Assembly: GCA_964386885.1 (NCBI GenBank)
Contig: CAYLUO010000001.1
Coordinates: 1 to 36,130 of the forward strand
Direction: 5' to 3'
Source of the DNA: an uncultured archaeon
Lineage (GTDB): Archaea > Aenigmatarchaeota > Aenigmatarchaeia > CG10238-14
DNA length: 36,130 bases
A program made the position numbers and the translations under genes. Positions within the stretch are counted from its first letter, which is position 1. Every line of letters starts with the position of its first letter. The notes beneath the pieces are model-generated. The model saw only the letters and a program-made list of their open reading frames with translations, ran no database searches and had not been told where the DNA came from. Positions 1 through 8,552 of this stretch are shown here, piece by piece.

Positions 1-2
1 AA

Positions 3-107
3 AGAACAATAAGTGCACATACATTGGCTTCAATTTTAGGAGGAATAGGTTTGGCTATGATTTTTTGCAATGCAATGTTTTACATATATTACAAAAGAAA
101 ATATTGA
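3..107 (+). CDS. C-terminal fragment of a membrane protein (5' end lies outside the window)
   Basis: Open frame 3..107 reads ...ILGGIGLAMIFCNAMFYIYYKRKY*: a hydrophobic helix plus basic tail. A T9 tract follows. No family recognised. Confidence 0.3.
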   Translation, partial: RTISAHTLASILGGIGLAMIFCNAMFYIYYKRKY

Positions 108-116
108 TTTTTTTTT
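108..116 (+). terminator. Oligo-T tract (archaeal-type termination signal) after the upstream partial gene
   Basis: Nine consecutive T directly after the TGA at 105..107. Oligo-T is the usual archaeal terminator signal. Confidence 0.35.
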
Positions 117-135
117 ATTTTCTTTTAATCACAAC

Positions 136-147
136 AAAACTTTAATC
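136..147 (+). promoter_or_regulatory. Putative BRE/TATA element for pyrG (AAAACTTTAATC)
   Basis: The TTTAAT core starts 28 nt upstream of the pyrG ATG (169), which fits a leaderless or short-leader archaeal promoter. The identical 12-mer recurs at 12579..12590, with its TTTAAT core 27 nt upstream of the ATG at 12611. Confidence 0.4.
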
Positions 148-168
148 TTCTAAAAAATAAAATATAAT

Positions 169-1779
169 ATGCGACCTAATTATGTTTTTATATCAGGAGG
201 AGTTCTTTCAGGTCTAGGAAAAGGAATATGCACTGCATCTATAGGAAGAATCTTGCAATCTTTTGGTTTTACTGTAACTGCATGTAAAATAGATCCTTAT
301 ATAAATTTTGATGCAGGAACAATGAGACCAACAGAGCATGGTGAAGTATGGGTTACAAAAGATGGCGGAGAAATAGACCAGGATTTAGGTCATTATGAAC
401 GTTTTCTAAATATAGACATACCAAAATCTCATAACATAACCACAGGTCAAGTATTTCATCAAGTAATAAATAATGAAAGACAAGGAAAATATCTTGGAAA
501 AACTGTTCAGCCAATACCACATATAACAGATGAAATAAAAAAAAGAATAAGACAAATGGAAAATACAGATTTCGTTCTTGTAGAAATTGGAGGAACTATA
601 GGAGATTATGAAAATATCTTATTTATGGAAGCAATAAGACAAATGAAATATGAAAATGAAAATACAGTTTTCATACATGTAACATATGTTCCAATTCCAT
701 CTCATATAGGAGAAGCAAAAACAAAACCAACCCAACATTCAGTACAAAAATTAAGAGAAATCGGAATCAGTCCAGATTTTATTGTATGTAGATCAGAAAA
801 ACCATTAGATGATGTAAGAAGAAATAAAATTGCAATGTTTTGTAATGTTAAACTAGATCATATAGTTTCTGATCATAATATTAAAAATATATATGAACTT
901 CCTTTAGTTTTTGGGCAACAAAAATTTGGAGAAAAAATCCTTAAAAATTTAAATCTAAAACCAAGAAAAACAAACCTAAAAAAATGGAAAAATTATGCTG
1001 AAAATATTAAGAAAATTAACAAAAAAGTAAAAATAGGAATTGTAGGCAAATATTTTGATATAGGAACTTCAACTTTATCAGATTCTTATATTTCTGTTAT
1101 TGAAGCAATAAAACATGCATGCTGGAATAATAATGTTAATCCAGATATAAAATGGATAAATTCAAAACAATTTGAAAAAAATCCAGAGAAAATCTCTATA
1201 CTTAAAAATATGGATGCAGTTATAGTTCCTGGTGGTTTTGGTTCTTCTGGTATTGAGGGAAAAATAAAAGCTATAAAATATGTTAGAGAAAATAATATTC
1301 CTTATCTTGGATTATGTCTAGGAATGCAACTATCAGTAATAGAATTTGCAAGAAATGTATGTAAATTAAAAGATGCGACTTCAACTGAATTTGACAAAAA
1401 AACAAAAAATCCTGTTGTTGATATAATTCCAGATCAGATAGATATAATAAAAAAATCTAATTATGGAGCTACAATGAGATTAGGCGCTTATCCAGCAATA
1501 TTAAAGCAAGGAACAAAAATTAAGAGTTTATACAAAAAAGGAAATGTTTTAGAAAGACACAGACATAGATATGAAATAAATCCAAATTTTATAGAAATAT
1601 TAGAAAAAAACGGTCTTGTTTTCTCAGGAAGATCTCCTAGCAAAATTTTAATGGAATTCATGGAGTTGCCAAGTCATCCATATTTTGTTGCAACTCAAGC
1701 TCATCCAGAATTTACTTCAAGATTTATGAATCCAAATCCTTTGTTTAATGGACTAATAAAAGCAGCTATTAACAAGTAA
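169..1779 (+). CDS. pyrG: CTP synthase
   Basis: 536 aa. The N-terminal synthase domain has GGVLSGLGKG and DPYINFDAGTM. The C-terminal class I glutamine amidotransferase has the GLCLGMQ catalytic Cys and HRHRYE. Confidence 0.97.
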   Translation: MRPNYVFISGGVLSGLGKGICTASIGRILQSFGFTVTACKIDPYINFDAGTMRPTEHGEVWVTKDGGEIDQDLGHYERFLNIDIPKSHNITTGQVFHQVINNERQGKYLGKTVQPIPHITDEIKKRIRQMENTDFVLVEIGGTIGDYENILFMEAIRQMKYENENTVFIHVTYVPIPSHIGEAKTKPTQHSVQKLREIGISPDFIVCRSEKPLDDVRRNKIAMFCNVKLDHIVSDHNIKNIYELPLVFGQQKFGEKILKNLNLKPRKTNLKKWKNYAENIKKINKKVKIGIVGKYFDIGTSTLSDSYISVIEAIKHACWNNNVNPDIKWINSKQFEKNPEKISILKNMDAVIVPGGFGSSGIEGKIKAIKYVRENNIPYLGLCLGMQLSVIEFARNVCKLKDATSTEFDKKTKNPVVDIIPDQIDIIKKSNYGATMRLGAYPAILKQGTKIKSLYKKGNVLERHRHRYEINPNFIEILEKNGLVFSGRSPSKILMEFMELPSHPYFVATQAHPEFTSRFMNPNPLFNGLIKAAINK

Positions 1780-2395
1780 TCTCTTTTATATCATCAGCAT
1801 CTTCTGGTGTTTCAGGAGAGCAACTACTTGCTGATGTACCTTCACAACAAACTACATCATCATTCTTTATGAAATAATAATCCCAACCTATAATTCCACA
1901 TTTCAATTTAGCATATCTGCATTCTATTTTTTCCAATCCTTTTTTCTCTTCTTCTAATGTATCATATTTTTCTTGTAATGTATCTAATTCATCTTCTTTA
2001 TCTGCTAAATCACTTTGTAAACCACTTACATCACTTCTACAACTTTCATAATTTCCTTCTAAAATATCATAATTAGATTGACATAATTGTTGTTCATTCA
2101 TTGCTGTTTTCAAATCAGTACCACAAGCTTCATAATCAGCTTTTACTACATCTAATTCTTGGCTACATGCTTCCATTTGTTTTTCTAATATCATAACCTG
2201 AGAATTAATTTCTGATATTTTTGATGTATAACTAACATAACCAGTAATTCCACCAGAAAGTCCAACAAGACCTATAACAATAAGAACCATAGCCCATTTT
2301 GATGATTTTAATCCTGTGGCTTTTTGTAATATTTTTTCTTTTAATTTCTTTAGATCTACTTTAATTTTCTTGTCTTCTACATATGGTTCATACAT
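1769..2395 (-). CDS. Hypothetical single-pass membrane protein with a coiled-coil, Cys-rich ectodomain
   Basis: 208 aa. One TM helix (WAMVLIVIGLVGLSGGITGYV), then heptad-like acidic coiled coil with spaced Cys, then a Cys-rich tail (CRYAKLKCG...VVCCEGTSASSCSPE...ITC). Its 3' end overlaps the pyrG 3' end by 11 nt (convergent). No family recognised. Confidence 0.55.
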   Translation of the reverse strand: MYEPYVEDKKIKVDLKKLKEKILQKATGLKSSKWAMVLIVIGLVGLSGGITGYVSYTSKISEINSQVMILEKQMEACSQELDVVKADYEACGTDLKTAMNEQQLCQSNYDILEGNYESCRSDVSGLQSDLADKEDELDTLQEKYDTLEEEKKGLEKIECRYAKLKCGIIGWDYYFIKNDDVVCCEGTSASSCSPETPEDADDIKEITC

Positions 2396-2433
2396 AGTAT
2401 CTACAAATTATTTGGTTAAATATTCTTAAATAA

Positions 2434-2712
2434 TTAGTCTTTTATGTCTCTGTTAAATTCATCCCTTATTTCCTTGGTTTTTACATCTAAATGCTTAACT
2501 GCTTTCTTAACTGCTATCATAGGATTGCCTGTTTTTACTTTAACTAGTAATTTTGGCTCGCCCATATAAGGATGCTCTTTTATAGCAGACGCTTCTAATA
2601 TATTATTATCTTTCCATAATTCGTCTTTTAACAAATTAACAAAAGTTTTAGATTCTCCTTTTACCTCAATTATAACAGAATCCTTGGTTTTTTTTAATAC
2701 ACTCAGATTCAT
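2434..2712 (-). CDS. rpoL: DNA-directed RNA polymerase subunit L (Rpo11)
   Basis: 92 aa. The pattern ...IEVKGESKTFVNLLKDELWKD...EHPYMGEPKLLVKVKTG...AVKKA matches the Rpo11/RpoL consensus (GEDHT..NLL..EL...HP....P.l.i.t). Confidence 0.8.
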   Translation of the reverse strand: MNLSVLKKTKDSVIIEVKGESKTFVNLLKDELWKDNNILEASAIKEHPYMGEPKLLVKVKTGNPMIAVKKAVKHLDVKTKEIRDEFNRDIKD

Positions 2713-2713
2713 T

Positions 2714-3322
2714 TCAGCACCTTTTTATTACATACAAATCTACATCTATATCTATTTTAGGTTTTCTATGAAATTTAAATGTATATGGTATTTGAAACTT
2801 AAATTTAAGAATCTTTTGAATTTTACCATTATTATCTTGTATGAAATTTTCTAAGAAATTTCTTGCTTCAGGACCTTTGTGAAGAGAATATATTTTCTTT
2901 CCACATACTATTGCTTTTTTCAAGAATAATCTATCTAATTTTTCAGATTGAATTCCAAAAGGGGGATTTTGTATAACAGTATCAACTTTTTTATCAAAAT
3001 CAGCCAAATCTTTTTGGATAAATTCTATATTTTTAATTTCTAATGATTGTGCGTTTTGTTTTGCTATTTCTAGAATATTTTTGTCAATATCTATGCAAAT
3101 TACTTTCTTGGCTCCTAATAATGCAGATCCTATTCCTAATCTACCAGTTCCACATCCAAAATCAGCTATTATTTTGTTTTCTATATCACCTTGCATATAT
3201 GCTTCGTGTAATATATCTGCAGCTAATTCACCAGGAATCTCATATTGTTCTAGTTTTAATTTTGGCTTAGTATTTGATTTTAGTTTTGAAAGTGTAATAG
3301 CAAGTTGTTTTTTAGATATCAT
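2714..3322 (-). CDS. Class I SAM-dependent methyltransferase, METTL5/COG2263-type (predicted RNA N6-adenine methylase)
   Basis: 202 aa. SAM motif I is DFGCGTGRLGIG, the acidic loop is CIDID, and the catalytic tetrad is NPPF (IQNPPFG). It sits between dph2 and rpoL with 11-nt and 1-nt spacing. Confidence 0.8.
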   Translation of the reverse strand: MISKKQLAITLSKLKSNTKPKLKLEQYEIPGELAADILHEAYMQGDIENKIIADFGCGTGRLGIGSALLGAKKVICIDIDKNILEIAKQNAQSLEIKNIEFIQKDLADFDKKVDTVIQNPPFGIQSEKLDRLFLKKAIVCGKKIYSLHKGPEARNFLENFIQDNNGKIQKILKFKFQIPYTFKFHRKPKIDIDVDLYVIKRC

Positions 3323-4211
3323 TTAAATCATCATAATTTACAATAGGAATCTTATATCTTGATATATCGTCTATTGCTATTCTTGGACAAGCGCAATTTA
3401 TAAGGAAATCTAATTTTAGTCCTTGTATTTTTTCTGGAGTTATTTCATCAAAAGCAAGAATATAAATTTCTTTATCCTTTAGTTTTTTCTTTAATTTCCA
3501 GAAATCTCTTATCTGACCTTTTTTCCAAGAAACTAATATCCCGATTCTTCTTGATTCATTGAAAAATGATTTATTCCATTCTATTTTTTGTCTTAATTTT
3601 TTACTATCTAATTGTCTTATTATATTTTTTTCTAAGTCAAGAATAAAAATTGGTTTATTTATTTTTAGATCTAAACCTAAAGAATGAAAATCACCTGAGC
3701 CAACGTATAGAAAACATTCAACTTTATTTTCTATTTTCTTTGCAGCGTCAATATTACATCCTAAAATTTGGCCAGTATGACTAAGTGATTTATTTGTGAA
3801 TATTTTCTTTCCTTTTTTCTTTAGAAATTCTTTTACAGGATGTATTGATTTTATAAATTGAATACTTGTAACTAAACCAATTTTATCATATTTTGAGATT
3901 TTCTTATATTCTTTTTTCAGAACTGGAATAGGATCAGTTTTATAAAAATATTTCCAATAAATAACTGGTATTTTTGATTTAACTCCAAAGTCTGAATGAC
4001 CTATATGTAATATTGCATCACATTTTAGTCTCTTAGCTTCATCATCTCTAATATCACATGCGCCATAAGTTGGTTCACAAGATAGTACTACCTCAAATCC
4101 TTTCTCTTCTAAGTAATTGCTTATTGATTGTATTTCTGTTTTCAGACCTTCTGGGAACTGAACAAAAATCTTTTTTGATTTCAATTTTTTCAAGAATTTT
4201 AGAGATTTCAT
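3312..4211 (-). CDS. dph2: Diphthamide biosynthesis protein Dph2 (2-(3-amino-3-carboxypropyl)histidine synthase)
   Basis: 299 aa. FPEGLK is near the N-terminus. Three conserved-looking Cys contexts are present (YGACD, ILGCN, INCACPRIAIDD), as is YVGSGDFHSLGL. This is typical of the archaeal radical-SAM Dph2 family. Confidence 0.85.
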   Translation of the reverse strand: MKSLKFLKKLKSKKIFVQFPEGLKTEIQSISNYLEEKGFEVVLSCEPTYGACDIRDDEAKRLKCDAILHIGHSDFGVKSKIPVIYWKYFYKTDPIPVLKKEYKKISKYDKIGLVTSIQFIKSIHPVKEFLKKKGKKIFTNKSLSHTGQILGCNIDAAKKIENKVECFLYVGSGDFHSLGLDLKINKPIFILDLEKNIIRQLDSKKLRQKIEWNKSFFNESRRIGILVSWKKGQIRDFWKLKKKLKDKEIYILAFDEITPEKIQGLKLDFLINCACPRIAIDDISRYKIPIVNYDDLNDI

Positions 4212-4234
4212 GTTTTGAATAATGGAATATATGT

Positions 4235-4242
4235 ATTTAAAT
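4235..4242. promoter_or_regulatory. Palindromic TATA-like box ATTTAAAT shared by the divergent dph2 gene and the 4267 gene
   Basis: The centre of the palindrome lies about 27-28 nt from both the dph2 ATG (4211, minus strand) and the ATG at 4267 (plus strand). Confidence 0.35.
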
Positions 4243-4266
4243 TATTTGATAATTATATTAATTAAT

Positions 4267-4887
4267 ATGGAAGATAAATTTATTGGTCTTTTTAGGGATG
4301 TTATGAAAATTTCTGAAGATGAGGAACTACAATTTATAAAGAAAAAAACACCCACAGGGGAAGATTTTGAAATATTAACCAGAGCACATAACTATGTAGT
4401 GCCAGAATTGTTTTTTAATAGAATGTCTATAACTAAAAGCTCATCTTATAAAAAATTTATTTGGACAACAGGATATAGTCATTTAAGCTATTCACCCATA
4501 AAGCTAACTTCTACTATTCAAGACTGGACCGAAAAGAGACCCGATATCACACCAGTTCCAGAACTTCTTTCGACAGTTAAATCTTTTGCACAAAAATATG
4601 AAGATAAAATAAGAGAATTGAAAAAAAATGAACGAAAGGAATTTATGCACAAAATAAGAGAAGAATATACTATAGATGGACATCATTGTTATTTCAGATT
4701 TCGAGATATAGCTCTCTTTGGTGGTGAAGAAATATTGCCAGGAATTAATCTTGTTTTATTTGAGAGAGACTGGAGAACAACAAGCCCATACATTATCGAT
4801 TTAAAAAGTACAGAACAGTTATTACATATTACTCCTAGTTTAGTGGACAAACAACTTCCTAAATATAAAGAAATGATAAATCAATAA
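4267..4887 (+). CDS. Hypothetical protein
   Basis: The ORF opens at 4222, but its first 15 codons (MEYMYLNYLIIILIN) would cover the whole divergent promoter region. The ATG at 4267 (MEDKFIGLF...) lies about 28 nt from a TATA-like box. No family recognised. Confidence 0.5.
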   Translation: MEDKFIGLFRDVMKISEDEELQFIKKKTPTGEDFEILTRAHNYVVPELFFNRMSITKSSSYKKFIWTTGYSHLSYSPIKLTSTIQDWTEKRPDITPVPELLSTVKSFAQKYEDKIRELKKNERKEFMHKIREEYTIDGHHCYFRFRDIALFGGEEILPGINLVLFERDWRTTSPYIIDLKSTEQLLHITPSLVDKQLPKYKEMINQ

Positions 4888-4948
4888 ATCTTTCTATTCA
4901 TATATAAAAAGATTAGGAATATAAATTTTATTGTTTAATCTTTATATT

Positions 4949-5917
4949 ATGATTAAAGAAACAGAAATAAAATTAGAAGAGCTATATCCTAGAAAATTTA
5001 TAATAGAAAAAACAGACGAAATCAAATCAATTGTGGGGAATGGAAAAGCTACAAATGCTTTATCAGGTGGTGTAGATTCTTCAGTTGTTACTATATTGGC
5101 ACATAGAGCTTTAGGTTATAGACTTAAAACATATTTCATTGACACTGGATTAATGAGAGAAAATGAACCAGAATATGTAAAATCAATATTTAATTACTTA
5201 GGTATTAATGTAGAAATAATAGACGCTAAAGATAAAATCTTTGATGCATTAAAAGGCATAGAAGATCCAGAAGAAAAAAGAAAAGCTTTTACAGAAACAT
5301 TTTACAAGGATGTTTTCGGTAAAATTGTGATAGAAGGTGATGCAAAACATCTCTTCCAAGGTACAAATTATACAGACGTAGAAGAGACTGTTGCAGGGAT
5401 TAAAAGACAACATAATATTTTGGAACAATTAGGAATCGATACAGTAAAAGAATATGGATATAAAGTCATAGAACCTTTAACTCAACTTAGAAAGTCAGCA
5501 ATAAGAGTTGTTGGACAAGAACTTGGTTTGCCAGAAGAAATATATAATAGGCCACCATTTCCAGGACCTGCGTTGGCAACTAGAATCATTGGAGAAGTTA
5601 CACCAGAAAGAGTTGAGACTGTAAGATATGCAACAAAAATTGTTGAAGAAGAATTAGAAAATTCAGGAGCATTTCAATATTTGGCTGTTTTATATAAAGA
5701 CAAAGTTACTGGAATGAGAAATAATAAGAGACAGTATGGAGAACATATAGAAGTAAGATGTTGGGAAAGTAAAGATGCAAAAAAAGGACAACCAACAAAA
5801 CTATCTTATACAACTCTTAGAAGATTAGCAAAAAGAATAACTGGTGAAGTACCAGAAGTAGTAAGTGTAAGTTATAATATAACCAATAAACCACCATCAA
5901 CAATAGAAGCTATATAG
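4949..5917 (+). CDS. guaA: GMP synthase (glutamine-hydrolysing) subunit B, ATP pyrophosphatase
   Basis: PP-loop SGGVDSSV, PPFPGPALATRI and a C-terminal dimerisation domain. The ORF track starts at TTG 4931. The first ATG is at 4949, with TATAAAT about 28 nt upstream. Confidence 0.9.
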   Translation: MIKETEIKLEELYPRKFIIEKTDEIKSIVGNGKATNALSGGVDSSVVTILAHRALGYRLKTYFIDTGLMRENEPEYVKSIFNYLGINVEIIDAKDKIFDALKGIEDPEEKRKAFTETFYKDVFGKIVIEGDAKHLFQGTNYTDVEETVAGIKRQHNILEQLGIDTVKEYGYKVIEPLTQLRKSAIRVVGQELGLPEEIYNRPPFPGPALATRIIGEVTPERVETVRYATKIVEEELENSGAFQYLAVLYKDKVTGMRNNKRQYGEHIEVRCWESKDAKKGQPTKLSYTTLRRLAKRITGEVPEVVSVSYNITNKPPSTIEAI

Positions 5918-5976
5918 TTTTTACAATAAATTAGAAGAGTTTAAATCTTTTAACTTTCTTTATTTGTCTAGATATC

Positions 5977-6420
5977 ATGTCAAAATTTAGTTTAGGAAAA
6001 TATTTTAGAAAAGAAAAAAAAGAAATAGAAGAGACAGAAGAAACTGAGCCAGAAAAAACAATAATAACATTAGAACAAATATGTTATGAAAATGAATTTC
6101 CTTATGATGAAATGAAAACAATACTTTCGGATCCAAGAAATACTAAAGAGACAGCTGAAGAATCACTAACTATAGCAAAAAAATATATGGATGAAGATAG
6201 TAAAAAAACATTATTCTATCTTTGGCAAGCTGGTTCACTAGCATTGTATGAAAATGAACCAGACATAGTTAGAGATTCCTTTACTAAACTTAAAGAATTA
6301 GGCGGCAAGCACTATAAAAAGACTATAGAAAATCCAGAAAAAGCGATAAAAATTATTCAAGAACGGTATAATATACAATTAAAAAAAGAGGCAGAAGAAA
6401 AACTGAAAGAAACAAAATAA
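5977..6420 (+). CDS. Hypothetical acidic/lysine-rich protein
   Basis: 147-aa ORF in a coding-dense context with plausible composition. No family recognised. Confidence 0.45.
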   Translation: MSKFSLGKYFRKEKKEIEETEETEPEKTIITLEQICYENEFPYDEMKTILSDPRNTKETAEESLTIAKKYMDEDSKKTLFYLWQAGSLALYENEPDIVRDSFTKLKELGGKHYKKTIENPEKAIKIIQERYNIQLKKEAEEKLKETK

Positions 6421-6456
6421 GAAACAAATTAAATCTGCATCTACAAATAAAGAATA

Positions 6457-6702
6457 ATGGCAGACATAAAAACAAAACGAAAAGGATATTGGCTTTTCAA
6501 AAATAATCAAGTAAAAAAAGAATTAGAGACAGACAAAAGAATACACTTTACAGTAAAAGGCAAATCTGATAAGCATTCTGTTATTTATGACAAACAAAAA
6601 AAGAAATTCGAATGTGATTGTAGATTTTTCTCATTAAAATTTAATGATTGTAGTCATATTATTGCATGTAAAGAATTTTTAAAGGATCAAAATGCCACTT
6701 AA
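6457..6702 (+). CDS. Small SWIM zinc-finger protein
   Basis: 81 aa. CDCRFFSLKFNDCSH fits the SWIM pattern C-x-C-x(n)-C-x-H. It overlaps the downstream GTPase gene by 11 nt. Confidence 0.6.
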   Translation: MADIKTKRKGYWLFKNNQVKKELETDKRIHFTVKGKSDKHSVIYDKQKKKFECDCRFFSLKFNDCSHIIACKEFLKDQNAT

Positions 6703-7519
6703 CGCAACTGTTGAATATTTCAAGGCAGAAGAAAAATACAAATCTGCTAAGACCAAGGAAGAAAAAATAAAATATCTAGAAGAAATGATAAGAGAATTGC
6801 CAACTCATAAAGGGGCAGAAAATGTTCTTGCTCAATTAAGAAGAAGATTGTCAAAATTAAAATCACAAAAAGAAGCAAAAAAAGGATCAAAAAAAATTAC
6901 AATAAAAAAAGAAGGAGCAGGACAAGTTTGTATAATAGGATTAACAAATTCTGGAAAAAGTGTTTTGTTAAAGGCACTAACAAACATTGATGTTGATATA
7001 GATACATATCCGTTCACAACAGTAAGACCAGAAATGGGCATGGCACAATATGAGGATGTTTGGATTCAGATAATAGAGATACCATCAACTTTTACAGGAG
7101 AAACAATTGGCATAGTTCATGGCTGTGATATTGTTATAGTTTTATTAGACGGAGAAAAAAATTTAGAAAAACAGAAAAAAGAATTAGAAAAAATTTTAGA
7201 TGAACATAGAATTAAAAAGAAAATAATAGAAATTATTTCTAAAAAAGAAATTAATTTAGATAATTTGAAAAAACAACTTTGGAAAAGTCTGAATTTAATT
7301 CGTGTTTACACAAAAGCACCAAGAGCAAAGCCAGTAAAAAAACCTATTGTTGTAAAGCAAGATTCTACTGTTGAGGATGTAGTTAAAGAAGTACATAAGG
7401 ATTTTTTTGAACATTTTAGATATGCAAGAGTTTGGGGAGATTCTGTTAAAGTTAAAGGAACAAAAGTTGGATTAGAGCATAAACTAAAAGATAAGGATAT
7501 AGTTGAAATTCATTCCTAA
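6692..7519 (+). CDS. DRG-family (Obg-like) GTPase homolog with a C-terminal TGS domain; G3/G4 motifs degenerate
   Basis: 275 aa. The N-terminal helix THKGAENVLAQLRRRLSKLK resembles the DRG N-terminus. G1 is GLTNSGKS and G2 is YPFTT. The TGS domain reads IRVYTK...ARVWGDSVK...DKDIVEI. IEIPS replaces DLPG and SKKE replaces NKxD. Confidence 0.75.
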   Translation: MPLNATVEYFKAEEKYKSAKTKEEKIKYLEEMIRELPTHKGAENVLAQLRRRLSKLKSQKEAKKGSKKITIKKEGAGQVCIIGLTNSGKSVLLKALTNIDVDIDTYPFTTVRPEMGMAQYEDVWIQIIEIPSTFTGETIGIVHGCDIVIVLLDGEKNLEKQKKELEKILDEHRIKKKIIEIISKKEINLDNLKKQLWKSLNLIRVYTKAPRAKPVKKPIVVKQDSTVEDVVKEVHKDFFEHFRYARVWGDSVKVKGTKVGLEHKLKDKDIVEIHS

Positions 7520-8442
7520 TTTTTTAATCTTTCTTTTAATGCTGAAATTATAAGAGGCAATGATATTGTCGCATCTCCATTTACTGTTACCATTTTAGCT
7601 TTTTCTTTTATCTTGCTCCATGAAATTGCTTCTCTTGGTCTTGCACCTGATAAGCTACCATCCCATTCGACCGCTGTTGTCAAATAAACTGCATAATCTA
7701 ATCCATCTCTAAATTGATTCCACCATATTGTGTGATGTTTCGAAATTCCACCACCAACTAAAACTGCACCAGATTTTTTTGCTTTCCAGACCAAATCACT
7801 CATCATCGTTTCGTCTTTCAACACATCAATTCTAAAATCATGGTCTTGATAGAATTGCCATAATTGATAACCAACTGCACCATCAGTTATTCCAGGAACT
7901 ATAACTGGGATTTTATTTTTGTATGCCCAGTATAAAATTGAGTCTTTATTGTTTATTTCCTTTCCAAGTTCCCAACAAAACTCATAAGTTGACAGTTCTT
8001 TTTTACCTTCTTTATAGATTCTTTCTAGAAATTTTGTCATTATTTTTTCAGTTATGATTCCATAAGATTCCATTGGAACAAGAACATTACCTAATCTATG
8101 AATATTTTTTCTATGCAATTCCCTATCATCCATTGAGAATTTTCCTTCATAATAATATTTGAAACTTCTTGCCAAATCATGGTCTAATGTTCCACATGTT
8201 GTTACAAGAACATCAAAATATTTTTCTTTAACACAATCTCTTATAATTCCTCTTGTTCCGGTTGCTACAATACATGCTGGAAATGATAAAAATTTTAAAC
8301 ACTCTTTGTCTCTTATCATATCTTCAATTATATCAACACTTGTTGCTAAATGCTTGGCAGAAAATCCCCCTGCTTCAGACATTTGTCTAATCATTTCATT
8401 GATGCTCTGTTTTTTTGATTGTATATCAATAACTTTTTTCAT
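7516..8442 (-). CDS. dys: Deoxyhypusine synthase
   Basis: 308 aa. GGGISKHH, TAVEWDGSLSGARPREAISWSKI and TTCGTLDHD are typical DHS motifs. A GGAGGAG Shine-Dalgarno lies 6 nt upstream of the ATG. Confidence 0.93.
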   Translation of the reverse strand: MKKVIDIQSKKQSINEMIRQMSEAGGFSAKHLATSVDIIEDMIRDKECLKFLSFPACIVATGTRGIIRDCVKEKYFDVLVTTCGTLDHDLARSFKYYYEGKFSMDDRELHRKNIHRLGNVLVPMESYGIITEKIMTKFLERIYKEGKKELSTYEFCWELGKEINNKDSILYWAYKNKIPVIVPGITDGAVGYQLWQFYQDHDFRIDVLKDETMMSDLVWKAKKSGAVLVGGGISKHHTIWWNQFRDGLDYAVYLTTAVEWDGSLSGARPREAISWSKIKEKAKMVTVNGDATISLPLIISALKERLKN

Positions 8443-8552
8443 AAAAACTCCTCCGATGTTTAAATAAAATTAGAATTAGACTTATGGTGTCTTAATATTT
8501 AACATCAAAAAATAGTTAAATTTGCAGATTTAAAAGTATTTTGTTAGATAGT

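Noticed and set aside
3043-3326. Two plus-strand ORFs (75 and 81 aa) inside the methyltransferase gene
   Set aside because: They are antisense to a gene with clear SAM-binding and NPPF motifs, and their composition (Leu/Phe/Ile/Cys-rich) is not protein-like.
4949-5917. GMP synthase subunit B without an adjacent glutamine amidotransferase subunit A
   Set aside because: Archaeal guaA subunits are commonly encoded as separate and often unlinked genes, so this is not unusual on its own.
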